Source: a bacterium (lineage in GTDB: Bacteria; Zhuqueibacterota; Zhuqueibacteria; Residuimicrobiales; Krinioviventaceae). Taken from it: a stretch of DNA of 64,000 nt. The notes under the pieces are model-generated. The model saw nothing but the letters and a program-made list of their open reading frames with translations. It had not been told where the DNA came from and ran no database searches. Both the position numbers and the translations under genes were made by a program. Shown here piece after piece: positions 63,232-64,000 of this stretch. How positions within the stretch are numbered: the stretch's first letter is position 1; each line of letters opens with the position of its first letter. The stretch covers positions 96,001-160,000 of the forward strand of contig CAXXFV010000009.1 in NCBI GenBank assembly GCA_963674595.2, read 5' to 3'.

Positions 63232-63663
63232 ATGGCACTAGCAAGATGGCAAGAGATTGAGAACATGTTTGATCGCTACACGAGAGCGATGGGGCTACCT
63301 CGATCTGGAAATCAAGAGGTTATTGCAACAGGTGACTGGGCCCCTAGGGTAGACATTGCTGAAACCGACAAAGCATTCGAGATAAAAGCGGAGATTCCTG
63401 AAGTCAACAAGGAGGATGTTAAAGTTACTATTGACAATGGCGTCCTGACGATTCGGGGAGAGAGAAAACAGGAAAAAGAAGAGGAAGGAAAAAAGTTTCA
63501 CCGAATTGAACGATACTATGGGAGTTTCACCCGTAGCTTTACATTGCCTGACAATGTCGATGAAAATAAAATAAAGGCTTCTTTCAAAGATGGAATGCTG
63601 AATCTCCAGATTCTAAAGACTGAAGTGGCTAAACCAAAAGCCATTGAGGTCAAAGTGGAATAA
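63232..63663 (+). CDS. Hsp20 small heat-shock protein
   Basis: WAPRVDIAE, LTIRGER, ERYYGSFTRSFTLP, KDGML. Confidence 0.95.
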   Translation: MALARWQEIENMFDRYTRAMGLPRSGNQEVIATGDWAPRVDIAETDKAFEIKAEIPEVNKEDVKVTIDNGVLTIRGERKQEKEEEGKKFHRIERYYGSFTRSFTLPDNVDENKIKASFKDGMLNLQILKTEVAKPKAIEVKVE

Positions 63664-63773
63664 AGGAGAGCAACTCTAAGCATTGGCGGAACACTGGTTG
63701 GGAAACGCAACTATTCTCCCAACCAGTTGGTCGTATAAGTGAAAATTCCAAAAACTAAAAAAGGATGTTGCTA

Positions 63774-64000
63774 ATGAAAGAGTTTATTGAATATGTGATT
63801 AAACATTTGGTTGACAACCCTGACAAAGTTCATGTTGCAGAAACTATTGGCGAACATACTGCCTTATACGAACTTTGGGTGAACGACAGGGATATGGGAA
63901 AAGTGATCGGTAAAAGAGGACAAACAGCAGACTCTCTCCGAACTATACTGGCAGCAGCCGTATCAAAAAGCGGAAAACGATACGTTTTGGAAATAGTGGA
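63774..64000 (+). CDS. khpA: KhpA-like KH-domain RNA-binding protein (runs off window)
   Basis: MKEFIEYVIKHLVDNPDKV...DMGKVIGKRGQTA..LRTIL. Confidence 0.85.
   Translation, partial: MKEFIEYVIKHLVDNPDKVHVAETIGEHTALYELWVNDRDMGKVIGKRGQTADSLRTILAAAVSKSGKRYVLEIV

Larger units (their letters stand above)
23030..64000. mobile_element. Degraded prophage/genomic island integrated at tRNA-Pro; right end not seen
   Basis: Integrase convergent on the tRNA, repressor switch, early operon, terminase, truncated portal, interspersed cargo; no tRNA 3' duplicate found by eye, so the right boundary is uncertain. Confidence 0.8.

Noticed and set aside
1-64000. CRISPR array, retron or diversity-generating retroelement
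   Set aside because: No regularly spaced repeat-spacer array, cas gene or reverse transcriptase was seen

Overview
AT-rich bacterial chromosome segment, possibly FCB group (KSB1/Calditrichota-like); the taxonomy is a guess from gene style only. 1-23 kb is core genome: two glycoside hydrolases (one frameshifted), a TPR protein, rimP-nusA-infB-DUF503-rbfA-truB-ribF-rpsO, a GldA/F/G+DUF4340-type ABC operon between rpsO and pnp, M16 peptidase, ald, a polysaccharide deacetylase, merR and tRNA-Pro(GGG). From about 23.03 kb to the window end is a decaying prophage/island integrated at that tRNA; no attR was found by eye. Its phage backbone comprises an integrase, a CI-like repressor, an early operon (Mgm101/Rad52-like annealase, SSB, tandem intact/degenerate RuvC-like pair), a GpA-type terminase and a truncated portal. 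Three cargo blocks split this backbone. (1) Defence-like genes: SNF2 helicase plus Hsp70-like ATPase, DUF4268 nuclease, an NDT/TIR-like effector fused to a Cache-like domain, and a DUF4011 helicase-nuclease. (2) PAS histidine kinases and a lipase. (3) A stress/regulatory cluster. Notable non-coding structure includes three complete and two partial integron attC sites with no intI, a duplicated ~250-280 bp terminator-promoter-structured RNA module at the head of cargo blocks 1 and 2 (a third related promoter drives a different long hairpin), a repeated 15-bp palindrome and an IS21-derived MITE. All calls come from reading motifs by eye; no database search was run.
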